From Gekko japonicus (lineage: Eukaryota), in assembly GCF_001447785.1 (NCBI RefSeq), contig NW_015164671.1, positions 157,098 through 221,097 on the forward strand: a stretch of 64,000 nucleotides of DNA, in the 5' to 3' direction. The notes beneath the pieces were generated by a model. It ran no database searches. It saw only the letters and a program-made list of their open reading frames with translations, and was not told where the DNA came from. The position numbers were made by a program, and so were the translations under genes. Of this stretch, positions 44,776 through 56,560 are shown in pieces. Position 1 is the stretch's first letter. Each line of letters begins with the position of its first letter.

Positions 44776-47390
44776 GACTGTTAGATACCAATAAAGGCTC
44801 CTATGCTATTCCAACAAAAGAAGAAGAGACCGGATTTAAACCCTGCTCTTCACCCAGAGTGTACTGCAAGTGCTAAATTTATTATTGCCTACTCATATTA
44901 GCAAATGGTCTCCAGGTCCTTGGCAGGGTCTATGTTATCACCTACTGCCAAATCTGTAAGTAAAGATGGTGGGGATTTAACCTGGGACCGACTGCACGCT
45001 GAGCAGATGGTCTCTCACCCAGACATATATTCTCCCAAAATGCCAGTACAGAGACTAGATCTGTTATAAATCTTAGCATAAATGTCACTGTTAGCCAGCA
45101 GAGGAATCCTCTTAAATAAAGATGAAAAGGGAGATCCATACCTAAAAATGGCCACCTAAATGATTTAATCTAAAATGGCCTCCCTTATTAACCACCTAAA
45201 ATGGCTGCCATAAAAACCTCTAAAATGGCCTCCTCTACAGGGGCTGGCGCTCTCCAGAACATATCCTCACCCCATCTTAAATATTTAAGACAGGAGAAGG
45301 TACATTTGAAATACTGGGAGGGCAGAATAAACAAGGGTCAAGGGTATGGGGGAGGCAGCCAAGCAGCCCAACCCTCTGCCAGCCCCTTCCCAACCAGAAT
45401 CCCCTAAGGATTCCCACCCCACCAGCGAGGCAGTGCTGAAGCCCAAAGCTCCAGCACCCTAATGTGCCTAGGCCAAGCAATGAGAAGGTAATGATGACGG
45501 GGGTGCAAACTACGCAACCCTAAGGTATGGGAGGGGAGGAAGAAGCAGATTAAGCAGCCTCCCCAACTGCCACTGCACCTAGATCTCGGCCCTACAGAGT
45601 CCCCCCAACTGAACAGAGTGTGGCTTTTAAAAAAAATGCTGGACACACCACAGCTGCCCTTGAGAGCTGCCTGGCCAGACCCGCTGTCTCCTGCAGCCGT
45701 GATAATTCGCAGCCTGATGCCCAGGCCTCCAAATCAGCCCTCCATTCTAGACGCTGATGAGGCCCCCTTGAACAATCCGCCGGCATGGTCCTCCAGCGCG
45801 GCCCAACACAGCCCACTGGCATAGCAGCATGCTGCCGCTCGTGGCAGGGGGCGGAATAAGCAGGGGGGGGGAGAAATGGCCCCAACTATGTGAAGGAAGG
45901 AACTGGGACTCTGCAGCCTTACCAACTGCACTTAAGGGCAATAGCGAAGGGTGGGCTCCAACTATGTAAAAATTTTGTTTAACTCGGTGGAGCAGGCCAC
46001 TGAGGGCTGCCCTTCGCTGCGCTTCCTGCCGCAGCCCTGCCAAGCAGGCCGCCGGTAGGCCAGGTCCAATGCTCTCCCCATGCCGACGAAGCACCCAGAA
46101 AGCCGAGGCAAGCCACTGCCGCCCCCGACTGGCGAGCGGCAAACACAGCCTGACACGCCGACTGCACTGCTGCTGGGCCTGACCCGCCATCTCTGACACC
46201 GCTGGGCTTGCCACCATGGCCACAGCCCAGCACAAGCCGCTGGTGCCGCATGCTGCCACCTCGACACTCCGCCATAACCCCTGTTGTGGCCCACACAAGC
46301 TGCTGGCACAGCGGCGCACCGCCTCTGGAACCCAGCTGACAACACTGCCCTTTACTCCCCACAGGACTCCCTGTGCTGGAGCCGCCTTCAGGCAGTCCAC
46401 AGTCACCTCACCCTTTAAGGTAGGAACTACCTTAACGTGCTTGGAGCTGATGCAGCTACCGAGTTCGAGGCGAGCACTGAATTGGGTACAGCGGAGCCAG
46501 CCTTTAAAAGCTGTGCCAGCTCCACTCCCCCTTTTGGAGTTAAGCCTGCACCGCAGCTCTTCCTCCTTCCTCCTCATGAGGAGGCAAAGGCGGCCCACAG
46601 GAGGCATGCCGTTGGCTGCCTCCTGTGGAGCCGGAATGGCTTTGTTAGCTGGCTGGCAATTACTGTAGCCAAGGATCTTTGTAGAAAAAGCCCAGCAGAA
46701 ACTCATTAGCACAATAGGCCACACCCCTGACAGTGCAGCACATTAGCATATTAGGCCACACCCCATTCCTTCCCTTGGCTTGCCTGGGCGCCTCGTGGCT
46801 GCGGGGAGCCCGGGCAAGCCGGCCCTTGGAGGAAAGGGGAGGCAGTTTAAATTGCCTCCCCTTGGCTTGACCAGGTGCCCCCACGGCTGCAACCAGGATG
46901 GTGAGAGGGTTGGAATCCAAGCTGGCCTTGGACAGGCTGGGGAAGGCACGGGGAGGTATTTAAATGTCTTCCTGATCCTTCCAGGACCACCCCTGGCCTG
47001 CCCTCCTCGGAGTCGCCGGGGTGGGGGTGTCGCTCTCCAGGCGTTCCTTCTGTAGCCACGTATGCAGAGGTTTTGGCTGTAGTGGGCGTGACCAACCCTG
47101 AAGCCAGCCGGAACTCCACATGCTGTCTTGTCTTACTTCAGTGCAGGCTTGGAGGATGGGCTTAGCATGAGCTGTTATGCAGGTTTGCTTCTGTCTTGGA
47201 GAAAACAAAGTCTAGCCAATAGTAGAGTGTTTTTTACTGGGCTCAAACTTCCCTGTACCCCTAGTGGCAGCTGCTAGAACTGCATTAAATTGAAAGACAT
47301 TTGGCTGGATGCAGCATGAGGCTGGCTTGGATACTCAGTCCCCCTCAGTCCCCCTGTCAGTGGCCCTGCAAGTCTCCAGTTCTGGTGAGC

Positions 47391-47428
47391 GCCGGCTGTG
47401 GGCGGCTGTGGGCGGCTGTGGGCGGCTG
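47391..47428 (+). repeat. (GGCGGCTGTG)n minisatellite, about 4 units
   Basis: Read directly from the sequence. Confidence 0.9.
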
Positions 47429-47544
47429 TTTCCTTGTCTCCTGAAATGCTAAGTGTTTTAAGATATTTAAAATTGCTTTTAAATTGCTCTTAACAGTTTT
47501 TAATGTTATTCAAAGCTGTTCTTTTAAGCTCTTTTAAGTTTTTA

Positions 47545-48330
47545 TCAAAGGTCTCCAATGTTCTGAGTTCTACCTGTAAGGGACAATTTAAACCAGTCAA
47601 AGAAACAATGATTAATCCCTCCTTCTGCCTCCAAGTGCCTCAATAAGATGGCATGGTCCACCATATCAAAAGCTGCTGCTGGATTCAGTAAGAACAGTAG
47701 AAATACACAACCTTTGTCTGCACTCAGACAGAGATCATCAAATAAAGCTATCACTGACCCAAAGTGTGGTCTGAAGCAAGTCTGAAAGGGTATAGGGCCA
47801 ATAAGTTATCCAAGAAGACCTGGAGTTGTTCTGTTACCACTCTCTTGATTGTCTTGTTCAGGAAGGGCAAGCTGGAGACAAGGCAATCGTTGGCCATATC
47901 ATTTTTACTAGCAATAATTTTTAAAGTAGTGCATGACTTCAATAATCAAGAAGAACAAGGATTCAGAGTAGAAGTGCTTGGTCTTCACAGACCTTAAGAT
48001 CCTGCTGACATCCATCGTGATTACTGGATCAAAATGATCCATAAATGGACTAGATGGTGTATTGGTCCCCCCCTCCCCAAGAATCACTGCTATATTGTAA
48101 CCATCATCCAGATCAGAATGTCTTTGAGATACTTTTTCAGCAAAAAACTTTTTTTTTTTGTCAAAGGCATAACAACTAATCACAAGATCCTATTTACTCA
48201 TTCATTGTTTTGGAGTGGATCCTTTCCTCCTGCTCTTTATATTCCCCACCTGTTTGTACTTCTTATGCCTTTGGTTGGGTTGCTGATGTATGCAGAGCCA
48301 TGGATGGTAGGCCTGGCAGGCAGGGGGCTG
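47545..48330 (-). mobile_element. Decayed L2 RT fragment
   Basis: Minus-strand peptides VSSLPFLNKTIKRVVTEQLQVFL and LFLLNPAAAFDMVDHAILL..L...WFKLSLTGRTQ. Confidence 0.75.
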
Positions 48331-49777
48331 GCTATTCTATTTTAATTTACTTATACCCAACCTACCGTACTAAGATTCAAGAAAGATCCCATGATATAAA
48401 ACAATGTAATCAGACAGCATAAGGCAATGCAAAAAAGGAAAAAAGGTATCAGGTTAGTCAACTGACAGGTACATTCAAGTCCATGCCATTTCTACACATT
48501 ACCTGGGGATTATACTCCTTAGCGTGCAATAAGTCACAAATGCATTTAGAAAAAAAACCTTAAAGTGTCAGTTGAATGTGTTGTCTGGGAGACTGTGGTG
48601 CTACAGGTACAGCAGGAGAGAAGAAAAGGGAGGGGGAGAATGAGAGGGATGCAATATTTCCAATAGGAATAAATGAAATGAAAACGAATGCATTTTTTTT
48701 GGAAAATGGGAAACTTTTCTTTTCATTTTCTAGTATAAGATTATGATGACTCCAAGATAGTTTGATAAGAATCTGGACATGAGAAATACATGATTGTGTG
48801 AGGTCTGCAGGGTGAAAGAACCACTGGAAGAAAATGCTGTACATATAGGATTGCTGCACCTACTTATCTACAGATAGCTTATTTTTCTTGATCGTGCTTA
48901 GATGATACATTAATAAGAGATTAAGGGTTCTGGTGAAAGAAACATTTAATATGAAATCCTTACTATTTGCATGAACTGATGAAACCATTTACTTTTTTGC
49001 AGATTTTCTTTCACAGAAACATCTAAAGGACCAGAGACAACTATTTTCTGAATTTAAGTGGGTGATCAAATCCCAAATGTTAGATCAATACAGAAGTGCC
49101 AACACTTTAAAATACATTCAATAAAATGATCAAATTGTATCCTCAGAAAAAAGTTACTTGTCTTAATTTTTACAAAAAAAATGTCCAAAGGATCTAATCC
49201 AAAGCTATTTGAGAGGCTCTCAACTTTTCTAACAAATGTAGTTGATTGCTGAGCATCAAGGAGGTGAAGTGAGAGAGCTGTGTGGGAGAAGTTGACTTCA
49301 GTGCCTGCCCACAATATATGTATGGATTGACAGTTTTCTGGGAAGCATTAAATTCCCTTACGATTTATAAGAGCTTAAATATATGAATGAAAATGAAAAT
49401 TTGAAAGCCTCCTTGAAAGTAACTTTTCAAATCCCTTTCGTTGGTATGAAGGATAATTTGCATTGGAAATGGATCTTATTTGTGGGGCTAAGTAAGGACT
49501 AAAGTTTCAAAATCATTCTGAGACAGCTGTTTCCTTTTTAGTTCTTTTAAATGGATAATCAGGCAAAGCCTAACGTAGACCAGACAGGTGGAGAGTGTAG
49601 CTGTTCCTCATCTCCATGTAATCCTCTCCCCACCTTGGATATGATTTCTGAAACTATTCACATTTTTTAAATGAGAAAGGAGGAGGGAGAATGTGTGGAA
49701 AATAGTTTCATATTTCAACTGAAAGAAATTGTTAACAGTATTCCATATCTGCAATTTCAGTAGGTTTGAGCTACAAT

Positions 49778-49982
49778 CAATGCTCCCTCTAAGCGGTGGA
49801 GTCTTATGAGCAAAAATTCTATTTTGTGAGCTACTGGCATTAAAGTTGTGAGCGAGTGATTTGGCTGCTGCATAAATTAGTTTGCTCTGGAGCCATCCTT
49901 CCTGAGCTGAGACGAAAATGTGTGAGCTGGAGGCTAAAAAACTGAGCTAGCTCACACTAACTCAGTTTAGAGGGGAACCCTA
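49778..49982. mobile_element. hAT MITE (same family as 26345-26550)
   Basis: Colinear with 26345-26550; perfect 8-bp TSD GCTACAAT (49770-49777, 49983-49990). Confidence 0.9.
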
Positions 49983-50920
49983 GCTACAATGCAGAGATGC
50001 CTTCAAATGGTCGAATAATATGTTAATAATATGAATGTCCTGTGTTCACAAAGCTCATTTTTAAGATGACCTCTTGTACTATAAAATTATACTCCAAAGT
50101 ATGTGCAGGTTTTCAATTTAACATGAGATGCATTTTGAGATTACATGCTGATTCAGTGTTTGTACAGTCAGTTGCATTCATCATTCATCCCACTGGAAAG
50201 TTGGCTGTTGCTGCTCTTGGTACTTGCTCAGTGTCTTCTAGATTGCTTAACCCCTTCCTGTTTTGAGAAATTGCCTCAGGTGGGAGTGATTTCTTCTTAA
50301 TGACAGTTGGTTTGTTGCTTTCATTCCAGTCCCATCCTCACCTTTGAACTCCCATCTTTCTTAGCTGTTCTTCATGTAGGGAGGTGCCTGACTAGAAACT
50401 GCAGCAACCTAGCCACAGCAGCAATAACCATTTCTCATCTGGTACTTGACAAACATTTCATTATACCAACTGCAGCTAGTGCTGAAAGCAACAGTTCCTC
50501 TTGGGATGCATTTGCCCTCCATCTCTGATAACATCTGACTGGATCTTGGACCATGACTTCAATCAGTCAATTACAAAGACTCAGGCTCTACACAACCTGG
50601 GTATGGAAGAAATCAGCAGATGAGGACTTAGACCAGACTAAGTTAGTCCAGTCAAGCCTCTGATTTTGTGAAACTTTAATGCCCCCCCCCCCACTGGATT
50701 ATGCTTCTTGCTCCTTGTTTTGTATATTGATTCACTTGGAATCCTGGCCCTTGGCTTGGCTTCATCTCAGTACTGCTTGGTGCTTCTGGACCTGCATCAT
50801 GAAGTATACTCAGACTCCTGATCTCCAGCCTACCAGGAGTTCATGCCATCAGAAGTAAAAGTCAAAAATCTGGGACAGATCTCTGGTTGTGAAATTAATT
50901 CCAATGGTTTTAGAGCTAAA

Positions 50921-51783
50921 CAAGGGGTGCACCCACGATACTCGCAGGGGGGGAGGCAGAGGAGGAAGCAGGAGGAGGAGGTAAGAACCCCCCCATCCTG
51001 CTGGTTCCCCCGTCTCCTCCACCCCCTCCACACCCCCGGCTCAACTTTCCCCTGGCTCAATTTCCCCCCGCCTCCGAAGTGAGGCCTGGCAGCTTGCAGC
51101 CGCCCGGCCTCCCCGGGTGGGCCCGAGGAGACAACATGGGCAAAATGGCGCTGGGAATAAAATATCACAATTTCAGGCAGGTCGCCATGTTGTCAAGCGG
51201 CTGGGAGAGAAAGGCGGGCGGGAGGACGGTCAAGCCGCCGGAGGAGCCGGGCGAGGAGGAGCCCCAACGCATTTCCGCTCCAGCCGCCACCGCCAAGCGG
51301 ACTGCGGCGGCCTAACGGGCCTTCTGCGGGGAAAGCGGCACGCGGCAAACGCAGCTAGGGAAGGGGAGGATCCCGGAGCGGTGACTCAAGAACTGTCACG
51401 AACCCGGGGGAGGGAGGAGGAGAGGAGGGCCGGCCGGCCGGGCGCCCACTCACCAGCACTGGAGATGGAAGGCGGGGGGGCAGTGGTCGTAGCAGAGCAG
51501 GTCGCCGCCTTCCTTGCAGCTGTTGCTCTCTTTCCCCTCCTCTGTAGCGGCGGCGGCGGGAGGCCGGCTGCAGAGCGTTCCCTGCGCATGCGCAGGGGAT
51601 GCTCTGTCAGTTTCTGGGGGATTTAAACATCCACCCGATATTTTTTACAGGGTTTCAGATTTTTGTGCACACCTGGGGACCGCCCCACGTGTGCACAAAA
51701 CTCTCACTCCACCTCAGGTGCCCCCGGTGCACGGATTTAGGTATCCGCAAACCAGGGGGCGACTTGGCTATTAGATATATAGA
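50921..51783 (-). mobile_element. Non-autonomous Helitron, copy 2, with CpG-rich interior
   Basis: Minus strand A|TCTATATATCTAATA...hairpin CCTGCGA-GTA-TCGTGGG (50932-50948)...CTTG|T; no TSD. Confidence 0.8.
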
Positions 51784-52248
51784 TGAGCCATTTCAGCTTT
51801 GCCTACCACAATGAGGCCTTGTCCAGACTGCAAAGCAGTAGACTTTAAAAGGAAAAAAACTTTTTGTTATCAGCTCAGCACTCCCCATCATTTCAGGTTG
51901 CTGGTATTTTGCCTCTGCCAGTGCCTAGAACCCAAGGATCAAGTTACCCTGAGTGACATGAGTACTAGTTTCTCAGGTGTATGTGTCTGGCTCAGGGGGG
52001 ATCATATCTAAGGATCATGACTCAGAGTCTTCCCCCTTCCCCCTTCAGTCACGATGTTAGGATCCTGGTCAGTTGCTCATCCTCCATGCTTATAGTGCTT
52101 GAGGTATGTGGACCATGATAATCTGTTGTTCTTTAGAAGGCAGACAAGCACGGAGTATGGACAACCAGTTTAATATATGGCAGATAGAATGTTTAATTAT
52201 AACTTTGTCTTCCATATTACTAAAAACATATCTTCTGTCACAAACTCT

Positions 52249-52459
52249 TTGAAAGCAAGAAATTGCAAGTAGATAAATAGGTACCACTTCGTTGGGAAGG
52301 TAACAGCATTCCATGTGCCTTGGTGTTTAGTCATGCTGGCCACATGACCATGGAAAAGTCTTTGGACAGTGCTGGCTCTTCAGCTTGGAAAAGGAGATGA
52401 ACACCTCCCCCTAGAGTTGGATTCAACTGGCTTTCGATCAAGGGAAACCTTTACCTTTT
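52249..52459 (+). mobile_element. Sauria SINE 3' half
   Basis: Colinear with 17505-17717; ends GGGAAACCTTTACCTTTT. Confidence 0.88.
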
Positions 52460-54399
52460 CTTTGGAGTCTTTATCAAATGAAAAGAGTTCCCACAGGGTT
52501 GGCTATTAGCAATATGCTGGTGACAGCATTGAATAGGGAAGTATTTTATGACCTGCAGAGGTTTGCGGCTCTTCTTTTGAGGAATGATATATCTTCCCTC
52601 CAAGTCTTTCACTTTACCAAGTGCTATTTATGTTCTTTTAAACATTTAAATCAACTTAAATTTAAAGATTTAAATTAAACTGAAATATTTTAATTTGTTT
52701 AATGGTTTGTTTAAATTTATGGGGAAACCAAAAACCTATTGTCTAAAATGTTGTTTTTGTTTATATATTGCATGATGAGTTCAGTTGTGTGTGCATGTGT
52801 GTATGCGTAGACGCTTAATTATTATTTTAATGTTTACAGTGAACAATTTGAGGGGGATCATCCCCCAAACTTAAAAAAAGGTAGAGGTGGTATGCATGTG
52901 CACAATAGAGATGCTATCAAATAAAAGAGCAACCGTGGAACTAGCGGTATTAGCCATGATGATCTATTTCTGCAAATATGAAAGAAGCTAGCCATCTTCA
53001 CCACATTTTCCATATGGTATGCTGGTCATTTTCATTCATCCAATTACATTCCTTTCAAAAATTATTTCAGAAAGGCCGCTTATTGGCTGATATTAACCAA
53101 CATAAATTAGCTTTAGTAACTTTCATGCTGCCATGACAGTGTAACATTTGCTGCATGTTTAAACATTTAATTCCCTTAAATTATGTTTTCTATTGCCTGA
53201 CATTATTTTTCAAATCGTTTACAGAGTGGTATGCTAATGGGTATAAGCCCACTTTAGAGGCCAAACTAGGCAGGAAGGTAAGTATACGTCAAAAATGAAT
53301 AAGCTTCTGAAAGTGACAGTACTTTTAGGCAAGTGTTTTGGTTGTATATTTATATGCATGTTTTTTAGCACGTCTTGTTAACCCATAAGAGGAATTAAAA
53401 ATGACAACAAAGGGACAGACTTCATGCAAGGGAAGGCTGATAGATGGGAAAGGAAGAAAGGAGCCCCATCAGCCAAGGCAGCTTTGGTGCCAAAGACTGA
53501 AAATCTACACGGCAGCTCCCTTCCCTTTTTATGGTAGTAAAATTCAACAACAAACTAGATACTTGAAAGGTTCCTGCCATTTGATGGCAATCTGATGCCT
53601 GAGGTGGATCACCTTACCCTGCCTATTGGTAGATTACGGGCATAAAAGATACATAAAAGATACATTTTACAAGTATTAAGTAATGTTTTTTCATCACATC
53701 ATTATTCTCTTCATGCTAGGAGGTCTTATTGCTATACCTTTTGATATCAGACATGTGAACAAGTTATTCTGTCAGCAGAGTATTCTGATTAGTGCATTGT
53801 GTTTTTTGCGATCTTATGCCTTTTTTAAAAAAAAAGGAGACAAACAACCCCAAATTACTGAGGCACAGATACAATGATAAATCATATAACACAGAATGGC
53901 AAAGTTTGCCAGCAATTGTGACTTCACCCCAGCTGGGAAAACCTCCCCTTTATTAGAGCTTGCCACATAAGATCTCATTTAAATATCTATGCATAATTTG
54001 ACATCTGAAAGGTTTCAGCCAGCTGCGTAGGGAGAGAGACACATTCTTCTGTTGCTTGAAGGATTCAGACAGCTTGTCTTCATAGGAGCTGGAAGAAGTT
54101 AGGGAAGAGGTTATTTCCTTCTTTTCCTGATCCTGCTATAATTATCTCAGGATGATATAGACCAGAACTTGCCATTTAAGCTTTCACTCAACACTCAACA
54201 CAATACTATCAAGCATGGTCCTTAAAACCTGCTTTAGCTTCCCCAGATGTGTTATTATGGGCTGTTTAGCCTTCTAATTACTATGAAATTAAAAACAGCA
54301 TTTCAAAATTGTTTTAATACACAATTCAGTATGAAGAGAGAAAAACAATGTGTAGTTTACCCCTTCTTACTTATATGTTTTTAAATTAATTATGTATAA

Positions 54400-55140
54400 A
54401 TGTTCCCTTCCAACACTAAAGGACAATAAAATAGATTTCTATCCCTTCTAAATCTTGTGAGTTGCAATAGTATGTATTGGTCAGTAATTCAACACATTTG
54501 TTCATGACTAAATACACAATATCTATTGATGCTCTGCATACAATATATTGAATTTCTATGCCATTATGAATTGTCTCTAGTACCAGTAATAGAGACACTG
54601 AAAGTTATCATAATGGTACTATATCACCTCAATATCAATCAACCAAGCATATTAGTTGTTAGCCAGTAATCTCTTTCTTGTCCAGATTATCCTAATATAA
54701 TTCCCTAGGATGATATCATAATTCACACTCCTGGTTTTTCATCCTTTCCTCACACTCAATTATCTCCATAAATGGTGTTCACCTTTGAACACCATATGTA
54801 CATCATTCTTAGAAGTCACCTATATCTCTCCCTTATATATAAAGCCATAGTGGGCTCCAACGTTCCAAAATGCACACCTTTAGTGTTTGGCCACAAGAAC
54901 TGTCAGTCAGAAGACGCTGGTTGGGTTGACTGGCTGCTTTGTGCAGTCCCGCCCAGCGTTTCAAGGTCTTTTGCATATGGAAGCTGATTGGACTTCACTC
55001 CATTCCACACCTCAAACTCCCCCCCGCAAGGCAGTTGGAATTGCCAGTTGCATATGGAACCTACTGTATTCTGAGGTAAAATATGTCCTCACTCACAACA
55101 CATCACTTCCCCTTCAAAAGAAACAAACCCAATAACACAA
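54400..55140 (-). mobile_element. Possible degraded Penelope-like remnant
   Basis: Minus-strand end GGGATAGAAATCTATTTTATTGTCCTTTAGTGTTGGAAGGGA resembles squamate PLE termini. Recalled similarity only; boundaries approximate. Confidence 0.3.
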
Positions 55141-55518
55141 TCATGCCACATCACAAAGAAGACAGATCACACCACAAGCAGAATACCACAAGGCAAAAAA
55201 TGATAGGAAAAGGTGCCAGCAGTCACCCCATTACTGCCACAGAGAGCGCTTCAGAGGATGGTGTGCAGGTCCCAGGTTCATGTTTTAAAAGCTGCCTGGG
55301 GGATTCTGGACCATTCACACACTTTCAACCTTAACATACCTCATAGGGTAGTTCTGCGGATCATACGGGGGAGAGGATACTGATGTCAGCTGCTTTGGTT
55401 CCCACTGCAGGGAAAGACTGCCCTTTCCCTAGGCAGAGGCTGGGGGTGGGGGGTGGGGATGTAAACTTGAAGACAGACAGGCAGATAAAGGTAGGCTGAT
55501 GGTTGCCTGGAAAGGACA

Positions 55519-56560
55519 TAGGGTTTCCAACTCCAGGTTGGAAACTTCCAGGATATTTTAGGGATGAAGCCTGCTGAGGGTGGGGTCAGAGGAGGAGGAG
55601 GAACAGGGGTACCTCAGACAGATACAATGCCATACTCCCCACCCTCCAAACAAGCTGTTGCCAGTCTCCAGGTGACAGCTGGAGAGCTCTTAAAGCTCTG
55701 GTGCTAATTCAAAGTGCTGCAATTTATCGACAGAGTAGTGTTTTGGAAAATCTTTAGGAATTGTTTGGTGCATTTACGATGAGGCACCCACCCAGAGCCT
55801 CTGGCATTTTCTCACTCTGCTAGCATCAAAACCAATTTAAGGCAAAATAGAGATATGGAGACTTTTCCATCCTCCTTTGCATCAATTTGTCTTTGTTGGC
55901 AATGGCAACCCTAGGCCTGCAAGCACTCTCAGGGTGACTTCATGCCTCCAGACTGGCATGGCATCACTAGCCCTGGCTGCCTATGGAAGCTGCCTGGGTG
56001 ATTTCAGAGCAGCCACAGACTTTCTGCCAAACCTACCTTACAGTGTTGTTGTGCAGATCGCAAAGCCGAAGAGAATGAAGTAAGCTGCTTTGCTCCCCCG
56101 ATAATGAGAAAGACGAGAAAGACAGAATTTTGCCTACGAAGAGGCTGCTGAGAGGGGAGGAGATAAAGTTGCCAGCTTTAGGTATAGAAATTCCTGGGGT
56201 TTTGAGGAGTGGAGCCCAGAGAGGGGGACCTCAGACAGGTACAGCGCCATAGACTCCACCCTCCAAACCAGCCATTTGCTCCTGGGGAACTATTGTTGCC
56301 AATCTTGGCCCAGCAGCCATCAAACTATTCTCTTCAACCACCTGCTGTGCAGCTTACTTTCCCCTAGGGTTGTCAATCTCCAGATGGGACCTGGAGATCT
56401 CCCGCTGTTACAATTGATCTCCAGATGACAGAGATCAGTTCCCCTGGAGAAAATGGCTGCTTTGGAGGGTAGACCCTATGACATTATACCTGCTGAGTCT
56501 TTCCGCCCCCCCACCCAATGCTGCCCTCTACAGAATCCACCCCCCAAATCTCCAGGAGGT
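55519..56560. mobile_element. Cluster of TAGGGTTGCCA-family repeats and SINE fragments
   Basis: Copies at ~55519-55690 (-), 56163-56300 (-) and 56365-56560 (+); SINE-like piece at ~55930-56110. Confidence 0.6.

Noticed and set aside
45747-46724. 325-aa minus-strand ORF and overlapping ORFs as a host gene
   Set aside because: Ala/Gly/Arg-rich with no domain and a non-ATG start; long open frames are expected by chance in GC-rich DNA.
51079-51626. CpG island as the first exon or promoter of a host gene
   Set aside because: It lies wholly within Helitron termini shared with 10767-11377, and no convincing coding sequence or downstream exon was found.
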